Shown: positions 26,801 to 38,230, numbered from the stretch's first letter. The stretch is DNA of 64,000 bases from Octopus vulgaris (GCA_951406725.2 OX597824.1:87916001-87980000); one strand, 5' to 3'. Program-made: numbers and translations. Notes: generated by a model not told the origin, from the letters alone.

Positions 26801-29800
26801 TTCTATGGTTCTTAGGCTTTCTGTTCAACAACTTAAAAAATCTCTTAAGTGTTCTTCCATGTTTCATAACATTTGGTATTTTTTCTCTTTTATTTGCAGT
26901 CAAATCAAGAATTTGTCTGGGATTATATTTGGGAAACTCTAATGGTCGAGTGCCAGCCATCTGTTCGCAACATGCTTGAATGGTTGGCTCTGTGCTTGAT
27001 TCTAAAATTTCCTTCTTATGTTTCTCAAATATGGAAACAGTATCAGACGGTAAGTAGCAGAAAGAATTTCATACAAGTAATTATATATTTACTCTCTTTA
27101 CTTGTTTCAGTCGTTTGACTGCGGCCATGCTGGAGCACCGCCTTTAGTCGAGCAAATCGACCCCAGGACTTATTCTTTGTAAGACTGAGGGCTGGCGAGC
27201 CAGATGGCTGCGCCAGGCTCCAATCTGGATCTGGCAGAGTTTCTACAGCTGGATGCCCTTCCTAATGCCAACCACTCCGAGAGTGTAGTGGGTGCTTTTA
27301 CGAGGGCCAGTCTGGTGGTACTGGCAATGACCATGCTCGAAATGGTGTTTTTTTATGTGCCACCTGCACAGGAGTCAGTCCAGTGACACTGGCAACATAC
27401 TTAAGAAAGTGGAAAAGGGTCTCAAAGAAGATGAATAAATGAAAACCTGAACTGTTTTGATGGCATATATATTAATCTTGTATAATGGCTAAGCTGGGAA
27501 TCTCTTTTAGTACTGAAAGCAATGAAATATTCCCCTGCTTTGCAAGCTAGTTTGCCTTGACACCCTCTTTCATTTCCCGTTCAAGAGTGGCAAAACAAAT
27601 ACCGTAAATCCTCAAGTATAATACGCAGAGGCTTTTTAAGGGGCTGTACCTCTGAAAAACCTAAGCCTTGTGTATAATACGCACCCCTTCTCTAACTTGA
27701 GTCAAGGAGGTCTGTATAATGTCCTTGGTTTGTAAAAATGTATATGGTAACGTCCTTTATTATTATTGTATATATAACATAATGCAAACGTGTAGCTTTT
27801 TTTGTGCATTTTGTTTACAGAAAATAAAGAAATAACAGTAATAACATTTAATAAATGTTGCTAACTGCAAGTTATGGATGATTCTTTTATGACTTCATTG
27901 CTTTCAGGCTTAGCTTAAGGTATTTTCGCGTCCGACATCACAAAATGCGTCTGAATAAACATTGCCGGACAGCAAATAGAAATTCGGACATCGCTTAGAA
28001 AATAATTTTCATTTTTAACCTCGTGTATAGTACGCACTAGGGATTTTGACCTTTAAATTTTGGGGAAAAAAATGCGGATTATACTCTAGGATTTACAGTA
28101 CAATGAATATGCTGGGGTTTTATTGACTAGTAACACTCCTTTTCTCTTTATAAAAATCTGTGACAGCAACGGTGGTGCCTTAGCTGGGGTTGAACATCCT
28201 ACTTGCCACAGGTAGAATTGTTCCAAATGAACGTACACATTTGCATGCACTTCTTGTACACACCTGTTGAGCTAAAGTTTAGTTTCCAGTTATAATTATA
28301 TAATTTCTAGTTCTGTATATTATAAATCTACTGTAAAAAAAATCTTATTTCATTTATTTTTTGCTGTTGTTGCTTTCAGTTAGCAGAAACCAGTAGCATG
28401 TGCACTTGCTCCTTGTTGAAGATTTTGTCTCATATTGGAACTCGGTTGGAGTCAGAACACGAACAGGTTCTTTACTATCCTAATTCATATATTATTTATG
28501 CTTTTACTCTTTTACTTGTTTCAGTCATTTGACTTTGGCCATGCTGGAGCACCGCCTTTAGTCGAACAAATCGATCCCAGGACTTATTCTTTGGAAGCCT
28601 AGTACTTATTCAATCGGTCTCTTTTGCCGAACCATTAAGTTACGGAAACGTAAACACACCAGCATAGGTTGTCAAGCGATGTTGGGGAACAAACACATAT
28701 ACACATATAATATATATATATACATACATACATATATATACATATATATATATGTATGTGTGTGTGTTTCTTAAACGGCTTATAAACACCTTCCATGCTG
28801 CAATTGTTTTCGTTCCAGCACACGATCTCAGATCAGGTCACTTGCTATGCAAGTACATCTCCGTAAAATTCAAAATATAAACCTAAAATTCATATACTAA
28901 ACATACAGTTTAATTCTTCATTAAAACATAAGCCTTAGAGAACTGGATTAGATAGCTCATCTTGTAATTGACTCCTTCGTTCTGTTTGTAGCTGTTTATG
29001 TCTTGCCAAAGACAACTATATTTTATATGGTTTATCATTTTAGTCTATTTACGAGGACAAGCTGTAAAGTTCCTGGTCTTGGGTAAAATAAAATGTTTAT
29101 GATTTTATTCAACATATTCCCCTCTCAAATTCACATACTTATTTCAGCAATCCTTCAGTTTTACTGAGCCCTGTAAAAGAACTCAAAAGGTTGTGCTTCC
29201 AACCAGGCCTTTCATGACACCCTTAAAGCCGGGAACTTTCCAGCACCTCTTTCATATAATCAGCTTTGCTATCTTTTTGTTCTTTAATTATTGGTTTTAT
29301 TTTTTGAAGCCGTTAACATTATTTTCCTTGTTTACAGACAGAGTTCTATGAGTCTGCCTTTCTGCATTTAATGCCGTTGTGTACAAATCATCACTTCAAC
29401 ACACGAATTTATGCCCATGCCACAAGTTGTAAAATGTGGAAACAGTGCGAATCCCTTCAACTGAATCATATCACAAGTAGATTTTCTCTTTTGGAAGGAT
29501 GTCTTCAATTCACTGATGACAGGTGAGGGAAGTATTCAGATCAAAATCATCATCAACATCATCATCATCGTTGAACATCTGTTTTCCATGCTAGCAGGGG
29601 TTGGATGGTTCGACCGGGGTCTGGGAAGCCAGGCGACTGCACCAGGCTCCAGTCTGATCTGGCAGAGTTTCTACAGCTGGATGCCCTTCCTAATGCCAAC
29701 CACTCCGTGAGTGTAGTGGGTGCTTTTTACATGCCACTGGCACAGGTGCCAGGGGAGGCTGGCAACAGCCACGATTGGTTGGTGCTTTTCACGTGTCACT

Positions 29801-30242
29801 GGCACAGAAGCCAGTCAGGGTGGCGCTGGCATCGGCCACATACGGATGGTGCTTTTTTAGGTACCAGGGTAGGCTGGCAACGGCCACGATTGGTTGGTCC
29901 CTTTTACATGCCACCAGCGATACAACTTACTTCTTAGCATTTACTTGTTTCAGTCATTGGCTTATGGCCATGCTGGGGCACTGCCTTGAAGGGTTTAATC
30001 AAACAAATTGACCCTAGTGCTCGTTTTTAAGTCTGGTTTATTCCATTGGTCTCTTTGCTAAACCACAAAGTTATAGGACATAGATAAACTAGCATCTGTT
30101 TGTCAAGCAGTGGGGGAGGGCTCACAGGGCATTGGTCAACTCGGGGTTTTAGCAGAAGTATCCTGCTTTAAAATTATCTAAATTAAAACATCCCAATATA
30201 TCTGGCCTAAAATATACTGGCGGGACAAACACAGACACACAA

Positions 30243-30273
<31 letters not shown>

Positions 30274-30660
30274 CATATGCATATATACAACAGGCTTCTT
30301 TCAATTTCCGTCTACTAAATCCATTCACAAGGCTTTGGTCGGCCCAAGACTATAGCAGAAGACACTTTCCCAAGGTGCCACACAGTGGGACTGAACCCAG
30401 AACCATATGGTTGGTAAGCAAGCTACTTACCACACATCCACTCTTGTACCTATGATAACATCCTGAATATAAAAGTGACATTGTTTTCTTGTTGTCATGA
30501 ATTGTTCTCATTTTGCAAAGCAGCTACTTTGAACATTGTTAATCCTCTTGTAAAGTAATTTGACTCTTGCTGGTAACCTGGTTAGGGTCAGGGTTACCTG
30601 AAAGTAATTTGATTACCTGTGTGGGGTGATCTTCACGCTTTCTGATTTTCTACTTAAGAA

Positions 30661-30728
<68 letters not shown>

Positions 30729-31875
30729 GATAGTAGGGAATATATAATCCAAACTTACAGTGGAAAATTCTATTTAGCAATACTAAATCAAATTTATCAA
30801 TATATAATATATGTATATATGTATCTTTATTGGCCACACAGGGCTGAACACAGAGGGGACAAATTACAAAGTAGAGCTTTTCTTTTGGGGGAGAAAAAAA
30901 AGAAAAGAAAAAGGGGGGTAGGTTTTCGATCAAAAGGGATCATAAAAATAGAGAAAAAAAAATGATCAATACGGTTCGTGTATCACAGAAATGTCATGAT
31001 GTAAAGTGTAAAGGGGGAAGCAGATAAGGTTTATCTGTGGAAAGAAAAGCCTATGGAAAAGACCACGGTAACCTCGGTCAATAATGTTACATGTTACCAC
31101 ATTTATTTGCAAGTAAGTAACTCTCTGTTTTAAATTTTTCTGGGTTCATAGGATTTTCTCAAGGTGGCTTCGTCATTCATACGTGCCATCCTAGCTACAT
31201 TCACCCATCTATTTTTGAAACATTCACTAGACAAAACTTGCCTCTCTACTCTCACTTTCCTTTTCAAGTGATACTTGAAGAAGTTGATGAGAGATTGACC
31301 AGAGAGGAAAGTGTTTGTCTCTAATCCTTTCATACACGTCCACCAAATACATTCTCACAAGGCTTTGGTCAGCCTGAGGCTATAGTAGAAGACACTTGCC
31401 TGAGGTGCCACGCAGTGGGACTGAACCCAGAACCATATGGTTCGTAAGCAAGCTACTTACCACATAGCCAAAGAATGAAAACACTTATTTACTAATGCAT
31501 TTTTAATTCCCTTTTTTTAACTTTTTGTTTTTCTCTTCTTATTCCAGTAATGCCTCGAAGAACACAATAAAGCTAATGGAATCTTATTTTATGGCTGTGT
31601 TTGATCCGATCAAAGATTTTAGCATTGAAGTAAGTGTATAAGTAATATTTGAATGTGTTATGGCGTCGAACTGGCCGAATCGTTAGCATGATGAACAAAA
31701 TGCTCCGCAGCATTCTATCTGTCTTTATGTTCTGAGTTCAAATTCCGCTGAGGTCAACTTTGCCTTCCACTCTTTCAAGGACCATAAAATGAGAACCACT
31801 TGGAAACAGGGGTTGATGTAATTGACTTAGCTAGCCCTCTCCTGAAATTGCTGGCCCAGTGCCAAAAATTGAAAT

Positions 31876-31906
<31 letters not shown>

Positions 31907-34900
31907 CGACAGGCTTCTTTCAGTTTCCGTCTACCAAATCCACTCACAAGGCTTTGGTCAGCCCAAGGCTATAGTAGAAGGTGCCACACAGTGGGACTGA
32001 ACCCAGAACCATGTGGTTCGTAAGCAAGCTACTTACCACACAGCCACTCCTACACCTGATGATATTTTGTCATATTTGATGAACATTTTTCTTTATCTTT
32101 GTAGACTATATTTCATCTTTTACCTAAACTGACCGGATTAAATGAGGAAGAATGGATTTTACCACAAATGTTCAGCCAAACAGATCCTGCTTGGTCTGAT
32201 CCTACGGAAAGCAAAGCAAGGCTGCTACCTCTCTATAACGAAGACAGAGCTTTGAGTGAGTGCAAGTCAGAACCCTGGAAAGTGAAAGTATCTCGTATGT
32301 ATTCTTATATTTTTATTTTCTACTTTTCACTCATTATACTGTGGCCATGCTGGGGCAGATAACTGGTGTTGGTGTGTGTATATCCCCGTAACTTTGTGGT
32401 TCATCAAAAGAGAACGATGGAATAAGTACCAGACTTTAAAAAAAAAGCACCGTTCGAGTGTGATCGTTACCTGCGTCCCTTACTGGCACTTGTGCCAGTG
32501 GCACATGAAAAAATATTCGAGTGAGGTCATTGCCAATGCTGTACAGGTGGCACATAAAAAACACCATTTGATCGTGGCTGTTGCCAGTACCGCCTGACTG
32601 GCCCTCATGCCGGTGGCACGTAAAAGCATCCACTACACTCTCGGAGTGGTTGGCGTTAGGAAGGGCATCCAGCTGTAGAAACTTTGCCAGATCAAGATTG
32701 GAGCCTGGTGCAGCCATCTGGTTCGCCAGTCCTCAGTCAAATCGTCCAACCCATGCTAGCATGGAAAGCAGACGTTAAACGATGATAATTATGATGATCA
32801 TCATCATCATTATATTTGTCGTTTAATGATCATCGTCCAGGGGTCGATTTGCTCGAATTAAGGTGGTGCTACAGCATGGTAAGAGTCAAATGACTGAAAC
32901 AAGTAAAAGAGTAAAAGATATCACCAAGACGTATTTTAATTAAATTAATTTTCTTCAAATCTGGAATGGTAAAACGTTTTGATTTAGAATATTTCTCTTT
33001 TAAAGATGCTCCTGTGTTGCCAAATGAAGAATCCCCTACAGAAGGCCTAGATTTTCAGAAGAAAATAATGCCTTGGCGATTAATGACCCCTGATGTTTTA
33101 AACGAGGAACAGCAAAATTTCTTAGAAAAGAAGACCAATGTCAGCCAGTTGGTATTGGTGACCTCACTTATCAACAAAGTTCCAAATTTAGGAGGTAAAG
33201 ATTTTTTGGGGTTTTTTTTTTTTTTTTTGGTTACATATTTATACCATTGGTATTTATTCCAACTCTTTACATTCTGAGATCAAATCCTGCTGGGGTCAAC
33301 TTTGTTTTACTTCTTTTTGAGATTGATAACATAAAGTTATTTGTCCTGTATTGAGATCTCTAAGATTCGAGCAAGGTCGTTGCCAGTGCTGCCTGACTGG
33401 CACCCACTACACTCTCGGAGTGGTTGGCATTAGGAAGAGCATCCAGCTGTAGAAAGTCTGCCAGATCAAGATTGAAGCCTGGTGCAGCCATCTGGTTCGC
33501 CAGCCCTCAGTCATACGTCCAACCCATGCTAGCATGGAAAGCGGACATTATGATGATGATGATGATGATGATGATCAGGATAAGATACCAGTCTATTGCA
33601 AGTAGCATTCCTGGAAGATATGGTAAATATTTATGACCAATGCCCTTCCTAATGCCAACCACTCTACAGAGTGGACTGGGTGCTTTTTTATGTGGTACCA
33701 GCATGGGTGCTTTATACATGGCCAGTGCCACATTTAAATCACTGGTGCTGGTGCCACATAAAAAGCACCCAGTATACTCTGCAGAGTGGTTGGTGTTAGG
33801 AAGGGCATCCATTTGTAGAAACCATGCCAAAACAGACAATTTGAACCTAGGTACTCTCCAACTGGCCAGCTCTTGACAAACCATCCAACCCATGCCAGCA
33901 TGGAAAACAAATGTTAAATAATGATGATGATAATAGATGTACTAAAAAGAAGTCTGCTTCTCAAATATACAAAGAAATGCTTGCAGTGTATTTGAACCTG
34001 AGCTCTGTGTACTGGTATTCGCAATAACTTATTCACTCGCCTATTTTACTTATTCAGAGATTTTGTTTAATGGGAGCAATCATCATCATTGTTTGACCGT
34101 GGTCGAGACAATGGAATTTACTATGCTACGCCAGACTTCACAGTCCATCATAGCATTACGGAGGTCCTGTTGCTGGATGCCTGTATCCCTGGAGATTACA
34201 TCAGGGTAGGAGAGTGAGCACCCTCTGGTAACGCAAGCAGATGGCTTCCAGTGGAGAAGAGTAGAAATTACCTCGTTTTCAGCTCTACAACAATGTCCAG
34301 CAAACTGGACTCTTCTACCTTTCACAAGAGATGATACAGATGGTAATTCCCCATATATTTGTACTTTGGTTGGATGACGCTTCCACGAGAGATTTTGAGC
34401 TCTCATAAGGAGGCGAGTGTAAGTTCCATCCGAGTCCAAGACTGAATGGAAGCAAAAGTTAATGTTTTAAGGATGCATTTGCTTTTCTGTATGTCTGTTA
34501 GGTCTTTGTCGGACAGCTGAGGTGTTTGGTATATCGGAATTTGTGATAGGAAGTTTGAGACATCTTGTTGATAAGAATTTCCAGGCTTTAAGTGTTACTG
34601 CTGAAAAATGGATACCAATAAAAGAGGTAGGTAACTTTCAGAAGTATATTATTTTTATTTTTGATTCTTCAGAAAATAGTTCCAGCCATGGCTCTCTGGT
34701 AAGAACTTTGCTTCCCAACCACCTGGTTCTGGGTTTAGTCCCATCTTGGACAAGTGTCTCTGGGCCAACCAAAGCCTTGTAAGTGGATTTGGCAGATGGA
34801 AACTGAGAGAAAGGTCCAGCTTATAAATGTGTGTGTGCACACACATGCTGGTGTTGGTTTGTTTGTGTTCCTGTCACTCAGCTATTTGACAAAAGAGACC

Positions 34901-37245
34901 AAAAGAATAAGTACCATGTTTGAAAAGATATAATTACTGGAATTAATTCTTTTGATTAAAAATCCCTCCAATGTGGTGCCCCAGCATGGCCACCACCTAA
35001 TGACTGAAGCAAGTAAAAAATAAAAGAATGATAATAATAGTAATAATAATAATACTTAGAGAGACATAATAAGCATTGCTGTGTGATTAAGAAGTTCTGT
35101 TCAGGACCTTGTAGTTAGGGGTTCAATCCCACTGTAAGAATCTTGTTGACTAACATTCTATATTATAGCTTCGAGTCAGTGGGCCAGTGTATGTTTTTTG
35201 TGTTTGTCCCCTACTACTGCTTGGCAGCCAGTATTAGTGTGTTTAATATATTAAGTACCAGTTGTATACTGGGGTTGATCTAATTGACTGGCCTCCTCCT
35301 CCCAAATTTCAGGCCTTGTGCCTAGAATAGAAAAGAATATTATGGGCCTTGTAAGGTGGCAAGCTGGCAGAAACGTTAGCATGCCAGGTGAAATGCTTAG
35401 CGGTATTTTGTCTGTCTTTACACTCTGAGTTCAAATTCCGCTGAGGTCACCTTTGCTTTTTATCCTTTCGGGGTTGATGAATTAAGTACCCGTTGTGTAC
35501 TGGGGTCGATCTAATCGACTTGGCTCCCTTCCCCAAAATTTCGGGCCTTGTGCCTAGAGTAAGAAAAATATATAGTGAAGCAAGCAGACTCTTTGAACCC
35601 ATACTAGTCATAGGAAAATAAATATCACAGCAATAATTATAGTGGTGAAGATGAGGATGTTGATGATTTCAATGAAAACGATGATGGCAAAAGGGGAAAA
35701 AATGTATTTTTTAAAAAAGTTAAAAGGAAAAAAATGATTTTGTTATAATTTCCTTTATTCTTGTTATTCCCTGAAATTTTTGTATTTTGCATTTAATTCA
35801 AAATACTTTTTTCTTTAATTAATTTGTATATTTTATTTAAATTTAAATTGTTGTTTTCTTAGGTTCCAGCTGATCAACTGCAAAATTTCCTCTTTGAAAA
35901 GCAGCGTGAAGGGTTTACCTTGGTTGGCGCTGAGCAAACTGCCAACAGTGTTTCTCTTCAGCATTATCAAATGGCAGAGAAAACTGTTCTGATTTTGGGG
36001 TTAGTTTTCCTTTTCTTTTTCTTATCATTGTTTCTGTCATTAGCAGCACCTTGGAATTAGATTGCTTAGGTTCAATCCACTGCAGGACAAAGGCACCAGC
36101 ATGTTTTTGCCATCAACTATGATCTGCTGGGGAGGCCATGAATTTGACTTTGACATCATACCAATGTCGCCTTACTGGCACCTGTGCTGGTGGCATGTGT
36201 AGAAGGATTCGAGCGAGGTCGTTGCCAGTACCGCCTGACCGGCCCACTACACTCTCGGAGTGGTTGGCATTAGGAAGGGCATCCAGCTGTAGCAACTTTG
36301 CCAAATCAAGATTGGAGCCTGGAGCAGCCATCTGGTTCGCCAGTCCTCAGTCAAAATCGTCCAACCCATGCTAGCATGGAAGGTGGGCGTTAAACGATGA
36401 TGATCATACTGGTTGAAAAGACCTACTCTGCTATATTGGCTCAACATGGCAGAGTGGTGCATTTTCTCTTTTTCTACTCTTACCCAGGAGCAATTAAATT
36501 GATTACATCGACTCCCCCAGTGCTCAACTGGTACTTAATTTATCGACCCTGAAAGGACGAAAGGCAAAGTCACAATGCTCAGTCTGGGAATCGAAACTGC
36601 GATCCCATGACCGCAAGTCCGCTGCCCTAACCACTGGGCCATTGCAACTCCACAGTAGACATATATGTCTACACTGTATGGAAGCCTGTCACACACACAC
36701 ACATAAACACACACACATGTGATGGGCTTCCACACAGTTTCCATCTACCAAATTCACTCACAGGGTGTTGGCTGGCCAGGGACTGTAGTAAAAGACACTT
36801 GCCCAAGGTGCCGCCCAGTGGGACTGAACCCGAAACCACATGGTTGTAAAGCAAGCTTCTTAACCACACAGCTATGTCTAATGCAATGTTTTGTTTCTTT
36901 TTTAATTGCAAAAGCATAACAATAAATTTCAAAACATTTATGAAACCCTTTTGAAGGGAGAAATTCCCGTAAAACATGTCCTTTTGATATTCTGATTTAA
37001 TTTTCTGTTTAAAAAGTGGTTCTTCTGTTCTTGTTGGATGACCTCTGTTTCGTGTTTCTTTAATAATTTGATTTACTTCTAGGAACGAACGCGAAGGCAT
37101 TCCAGCCAACCTAATCCCCCTCTTGGATGTGTGTGTTGAGATTCCACAACAAGGAATTGTCCGTTCCCTCAATGTCCACGTCAGCGGAGCGATACTGATG
37201 TGGGAATATACACGTCAACTCTACAGCTCAGGTGTCATTAACTGA
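1240..37245 (+). CDS. TARBP1: TARBP1/Trm3 tRNA (guanosine-18 2'-O)-methyltransferase, 3' part of spliced gene (25 exons; 5' exons outside window)
   Basis: 25 GT-AG-bounded exons join in phase (3732 nt, 1243 codons plus TGA). Translation is colinear with human TARBP1 as recalled, from [11 protein letters not shown] to a C-terminal SpoU domain ([75 protein letters not shown]). Confidence 0.95.
2190..2335 (+). CDS. TARBP1: TARBP1 exon ([20 protein letters not shown]...QDQES)
   Basis: tag| ... TCA|gtgagt; phase 1 to 0. Confidence 0.88.
3070..3122 (+). CDS. TARBP1: TARBP1 exon ([18 protein letters not shown])
   Basis: ttgcag| ... CG|gtatgt; phase 0 to 2. Confidence 0.85.
3613..3713 (+). CDS. TARBP1: TARBP1 exon ([20 protein letters not shown]...ERK)
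   Basis: ttcag| ... G|gtaagt; phase 2 to 1. Confidence 0.88.
4486..4621 (+). CDS. TARBP1: TARBP1 exon ([27 protein letters not shown]...NIR)
   Basis: tttag| ... CG|gtaaat; phase 1 to 2. Confidence 0.9.
6145..6241 (+). CDS. TARBP1: TARBP1 exon ([32 protein letters not shown])
   Basis: acag| ... TTT|gtaagt; phase 2 to 0. Confidence 0.9.
6458..6852 (+). mobile_element. SINE family D with variable internal repeats and (GAT)n tail (representative)
   Basis: Core CACTACACTCTCGGAGTGGTTGGCGTTAGGAAGGGCATCCAGC...CATGCTAGCATGG...TTAAACGATGATG (consensus). More than 20 copies on both strands, e.g. 1-200, 13090-13400, 20352-20680, 29560-29920, 32445-32790, 47525-47930, 54985-55290. Confidence 0.8.
6950..7628 (-). 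mobile_element. RTE-clade LINE fragment (EN-RT linker)
   Basis: ORF 6896-7567 with [16 protein letters not shown] and [22 protein letters not shown]. Confidence 0.8.
7681..8072 (+). mobile_element. tRNA-headed SINE family A (representative)
   Basis: A/B-box-like head, CCTTGGGCAAGTG-type core, internal (TA/TG)n, GAAACAAGTAAAAGAG tail. More than 15 copies, e.g. 2562-2965, 13546-13968, 20685-21010, 51575-51980, 57932-58320. Confidence 0.85.
8285..8483 (+). CDS. TARBP1: TARBP1 exon ([28 protein letters not shown]...YLKD)
   Basis: tcag| ... G|gtaagt; phase 0 to 1. Confidence 0.9.
8840..9128 (+). mobile_element. LINE 3' fragment (RTE/RTEX-like)
   Basis: [19 protein letters not shown]...[10 protein letters not shown]; same family as 34080-34440. 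Confidence 0.7.
9619..10214. mobile_element. piggyBac-like MITE family 1, copy with three internal ~183-bp tandem units
   Basis: TTAA flanks and CCCTT...AAGGG-type ends. Other copies: 10347-10574, 14316-14544, 14557-14785, 22294-22520, about 58692-59098 (reverse, two units). Confidence 0.8.
10347..10574. mobile_element. piggyBac-like MITE family 1
   Basis: TTAA-CCCTTACGTTAC ... GTAACGTAAGGG-TTAA. Confidence 0.8.
10605..10868 (+). CDS. TARBP1: TARBP1 exon ([19 protein letters not shown]...LLEEFGI)
   Basis: tttag| ... G|gtaagt; phase 1 to 1. Confidence 0.9.
10895..11650. mobile_element. Solo LTR with nested MITE
   Basis: TG...CA ends, 5-bp TSD GTTGA (10890-10894, 11651-11655), 24-bp inverted termini, internal ATTAAA. 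Confidence 0.75.
10906..11324. mobile_element. Merlin-like MITE
   Basis: About 30-bp perfect TIR GGATCTTTTCGGTTTGAACGGCAGTTTTTT, 8-bp TSD GGTGTTAG, internal TTAGGG-like run. Confidence 0.8.
12629..12747 (+). CDS. TARBP1: TARBP1 exon ([15 protein letters not shown]...YEIEC)
   Basis: ttcaag| ... TGT|gtaagt; phase 1 to 0. Confidence 0.82.
15564..15713 (+). CDS. TARBP1: TARBP1 exon ([15 protein letters not shown]...SKPPSD)
   Basis: aatcag| ... GAT|gtaaga; phase 0 to 0. Confidence 0.85.
17251..17441 (+). CDS. TARBP1: TARBP1 exon ([16 protein letters not shown]...LECEN)
   Basis: ctgcag| ... AG|gtgagt; phase 0 to 2. Confidence 0.87.
17668..18395. repeat. Minisatellite, 138-bp unit made of two ~69-bp subunits
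   Basis: CACAAGTGCCAGTAAGG recurs at 17971, 18109 and 18247; older units upstream. Confidence 0.85.
18959..19328 (+). mobile_element. Non-autonomous Helitron-like element
   Basis: Inserted between A and T, 5' TC, internal (TG)n, 3' hairpin ACCCGG-TGTTG-CTGGGT then CTAG, no TSD. Related 3' ends on the - strand near 4047 and 22990. Confidence 0.65.
19394..19628 (+). CDS. TARBP1: TARBP1 exon ([21 protein letters not shown]...[13 protein letters not shown])
   Basis: aaacag| ... CAG|gtaaaa; phase 2 to 0; frame not in ORF track, translated by hand. Confidence 0.88.
19675..20250 (-). mobile_element. CR1-like LINE 3' end
   Basis: [14 protein letters not shown]...RGHSEKL...[13 protein letters not shown]...FKASLD with (TAAC)n tail. 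Confidence 0.85.
21126..21311 (+). CDS. TARBP1: TARBP1 exon ([19 protein letters not shown]...KFLQE)
   Basis: aacag| ... GAG|gtaatg; phase 0 to 0. Confidence 0.88.
22294..22520. mobile_element. piggyBac-like MITE family 1
   Basis: TTAA-CCCTTTTGTTAC ... GTAACAAAAGGG-TTAA. Confidence 0.8.
22688..22860 (+). CDS. TARBP1: TARBP1 exon ([17 protein letters not shown]...[12 protein letters not shown])
   Basis: gctag| ... AG|gtaggt; phase 0 to 2. Confidence 0.9.
23560..23631 (+). CDS. TARBP1: TARBP1 exon ([23 protein letters not shown])
   Basis: tttaag| ... AA|gtgagt; phase 2 to 2. Confidence 0.88.
23817..24045. mobile_element. piggyBac-like MITE family 2
   Basis: TTAA-CCCTTTAG ... CTAAAGGG-TTAA. 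Other copies near 5100-5328, 12832-13060, 13400-14002 (reverse, SINE-interrupted), 26467-26695, 59096-59320. Confidence 0.8.
24179..24413 (+). CDS. TARBP1: TARBP1 exon ([11 protein letters not shown]...[24 protein letters not shown])
   Basis: ttgcag| ... GAA|gtaagt; phase 2 to 0. Confidence 0.9.
26900..27049 (+). CDS. TARBP1: TARBP1 exon ([11 protein letters not shown]...[10 protein letters not shown]...QYQT)
   Basis: ttgcag| ... ACG|gtaagt; phase 0 to 0. Confidence 0.9.
27600..28100. mobile_element. Tc1/pogo-like MITE
   Basis: TA-CCGTAAATCCTCAAGTATAAT ... ATTATACTCTAGGATTTACAG-TA; partial reverse copy near 3193-3340. Confidence 0.75.
28380..28466 (+). CDS. TARBP1: TARBP1 exon ([20 protein letters not shown]...HEQ)
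   Basis: tttcag| ... CAG|gttctt; phase 0 to 0. Confidence 0.85.
29050..29256. mobile_element. Mariner-derived MITE, degenerate
   Basis: TACGAGG..GCTGTAAAGTTCCTGG versus CCGGGAACTTTCCAGC...CATA inverted ends. Confidence 0.5.
29338..29522 (+). CDS. TARBP1: TARBP1 exon ([26 protein letters not shown]...FTDD)
   Basis: ttacag| ... AG|gtgagg; phase 0 to 2. Confidence 0.9.
30960..31345 (-). mobile_element. LINE 3' end, probably L1/Tx1-like
   Basis: ORF end [18 protein letters not shown]...FKNRW followed by a T/C-rich 3' UTR. Confidence 0.5.
31548..31629 (+). CDS. TARBP1: TARBP1 exon ([27 protein letters not shown])
   Basis: ttccag| ... GAA|gtaagt; phase 2 to 0. Confidence 0.9.
32105..32294 (+). 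CDS. TARBP1: TARBP1 exon ([18 protein letters not shown]...PWKVKVS)
   Basis: tgtag| ... C|gtatgt; phase 0 to 1. Confidence 0.88.
33006..33194 (+). CDS. TARBP1: TARBP1 exon (APVLPNEE...DFQKKIMPW...[13 protein letters not shown])
   Basis: ttttaaag| ... G|gtaaag; phase 1 to 1; a second in-frame acceptor at 32988 is possible. Confidence 0.85.
34080..34440 (-). mobile_element. LINE 3' end (RTE/RTEX-like)
   Basis: [17 protein letters not shown]...[13 protein letters not shown]...AMMDCEVWR then (TGA)n tail. Confidence 0.75.
34502..34626 (+). CDS. TARBP1: TARBP1 exon ([13 protein letters not shown]...[13 protein letters not shown])
   Basis: gttag| ... GAG|gtaggt; SpoU motif 1 region. Confidence 0.93.
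35863..35999 (+). CDS. TARBP1: TARBP1 exon ([10 protein letters not shown]...GAEQTANS...KTVLIL)
   Basis: cttag| ... GG|gttagt; phase 0 to 2. Confidence 0.93.
37083..37245 (+). CDS. TARBP1: TARBP1 last coding exon ([10 protein letters not shown]...[27 protein letters not shown])
   Basis: tctag|; SpoU trefoil-knot SAM-binding motifs; TGA at 37243-37245. Confidence 0.95.
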
Positions 37246-37306
37246 ACGTGGAGATCCATTGGTGCGGATGGATTCAATATCCATTGATACCCAGATGTAA
37301 ATTATG

Positions 37307-37340
37307 AATAAAATTGCTGATTATATTGAAAGAAAATAAA
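37307..37340 (+). promoter_or_regulatory. Candidate TARBP1 polyadenylation signals
   Basis: AATAAA at 37307-37312 and 37335-37340, 60-95 nt after the stop, followed by T-rich sequence. Confidence 0.55.
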
Positions 37341-37499
37341 TTTCTCTCCATTTATTTATATCATCTGATATTCGTTCGAATTGCCAAATATTTCTTTGTA
37401 TTGATAAACATTCATTTGTATTTACCTCCTGTTATTTGAGGTTGTTATACTCCCAAAACATCTTCACCACCATCCTGACCCTCTCTGTCTTTGTCTGTC

Positions 37500-37513
37500 T
37501 CATTCTCTGTCTG

Positions 37514-37572
<59 letters not shown>

Positions 37573-37605
37573 CTCTCTCTATCTATCTGTCTATCTATCT
37601 CTCTC

Positions 37606-37636
<31 letters not shown>

Positions 37637-37641
37637 GTCTG

Positions 37642-37680
<39 letters not shown>

Positions 37681-37780
37681 GTCTGTCTATCTATCTCTCT
37701 ATCTATCTATCTATCTATCTATCTGTCTGTCTATCTCTCTATCTATCTATCTATCTATCTCTCTGTCTATCTATCTTCTT
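37500..37780. repeat. (CTAT)n/(CTGT)n microsatellite
   Basis: Seen directly. Confidence 0.95.
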
Positions 37781-38230
37781 CTCCTCCTCCTCCTCTTCTC
37801 CCCCTCCCCTCCTTCTAAATAGGATAGCCATTGCTCCTCCTCTACAGCAAACACCTGTCTCTCTCTCTCTCTTATCTGATCACCTGACACAAAGCCACTT
37901 CTCTCAATACTGCTCCTTGCTCAGCAGAGGTCTTTTGTCTTGTAAGTTACTTGATGACCTCACTGGTGCTGGCATTACATAGAAAGCACCCAGTACACCC
38001 TGTAAAGTGGTTAGCAATAGAAAGGGCATACAGTTCTATATTTAAGGGATGAGGAATTATGTACATTATTTACATTACGGCTGATATACCCTCCAGCCTT
38101 CATCAGGTGTCTTGGGGAAATTTTGAACCTGGGTTCTCATTCCTTAGGTATTTTTCGATGTTGTTGTTGTTGTTGTGCCTTCTTTTAGATGGGTACCTGT
38201 CCCCAGTCTTTCCTGAATCACCGATAGTGC

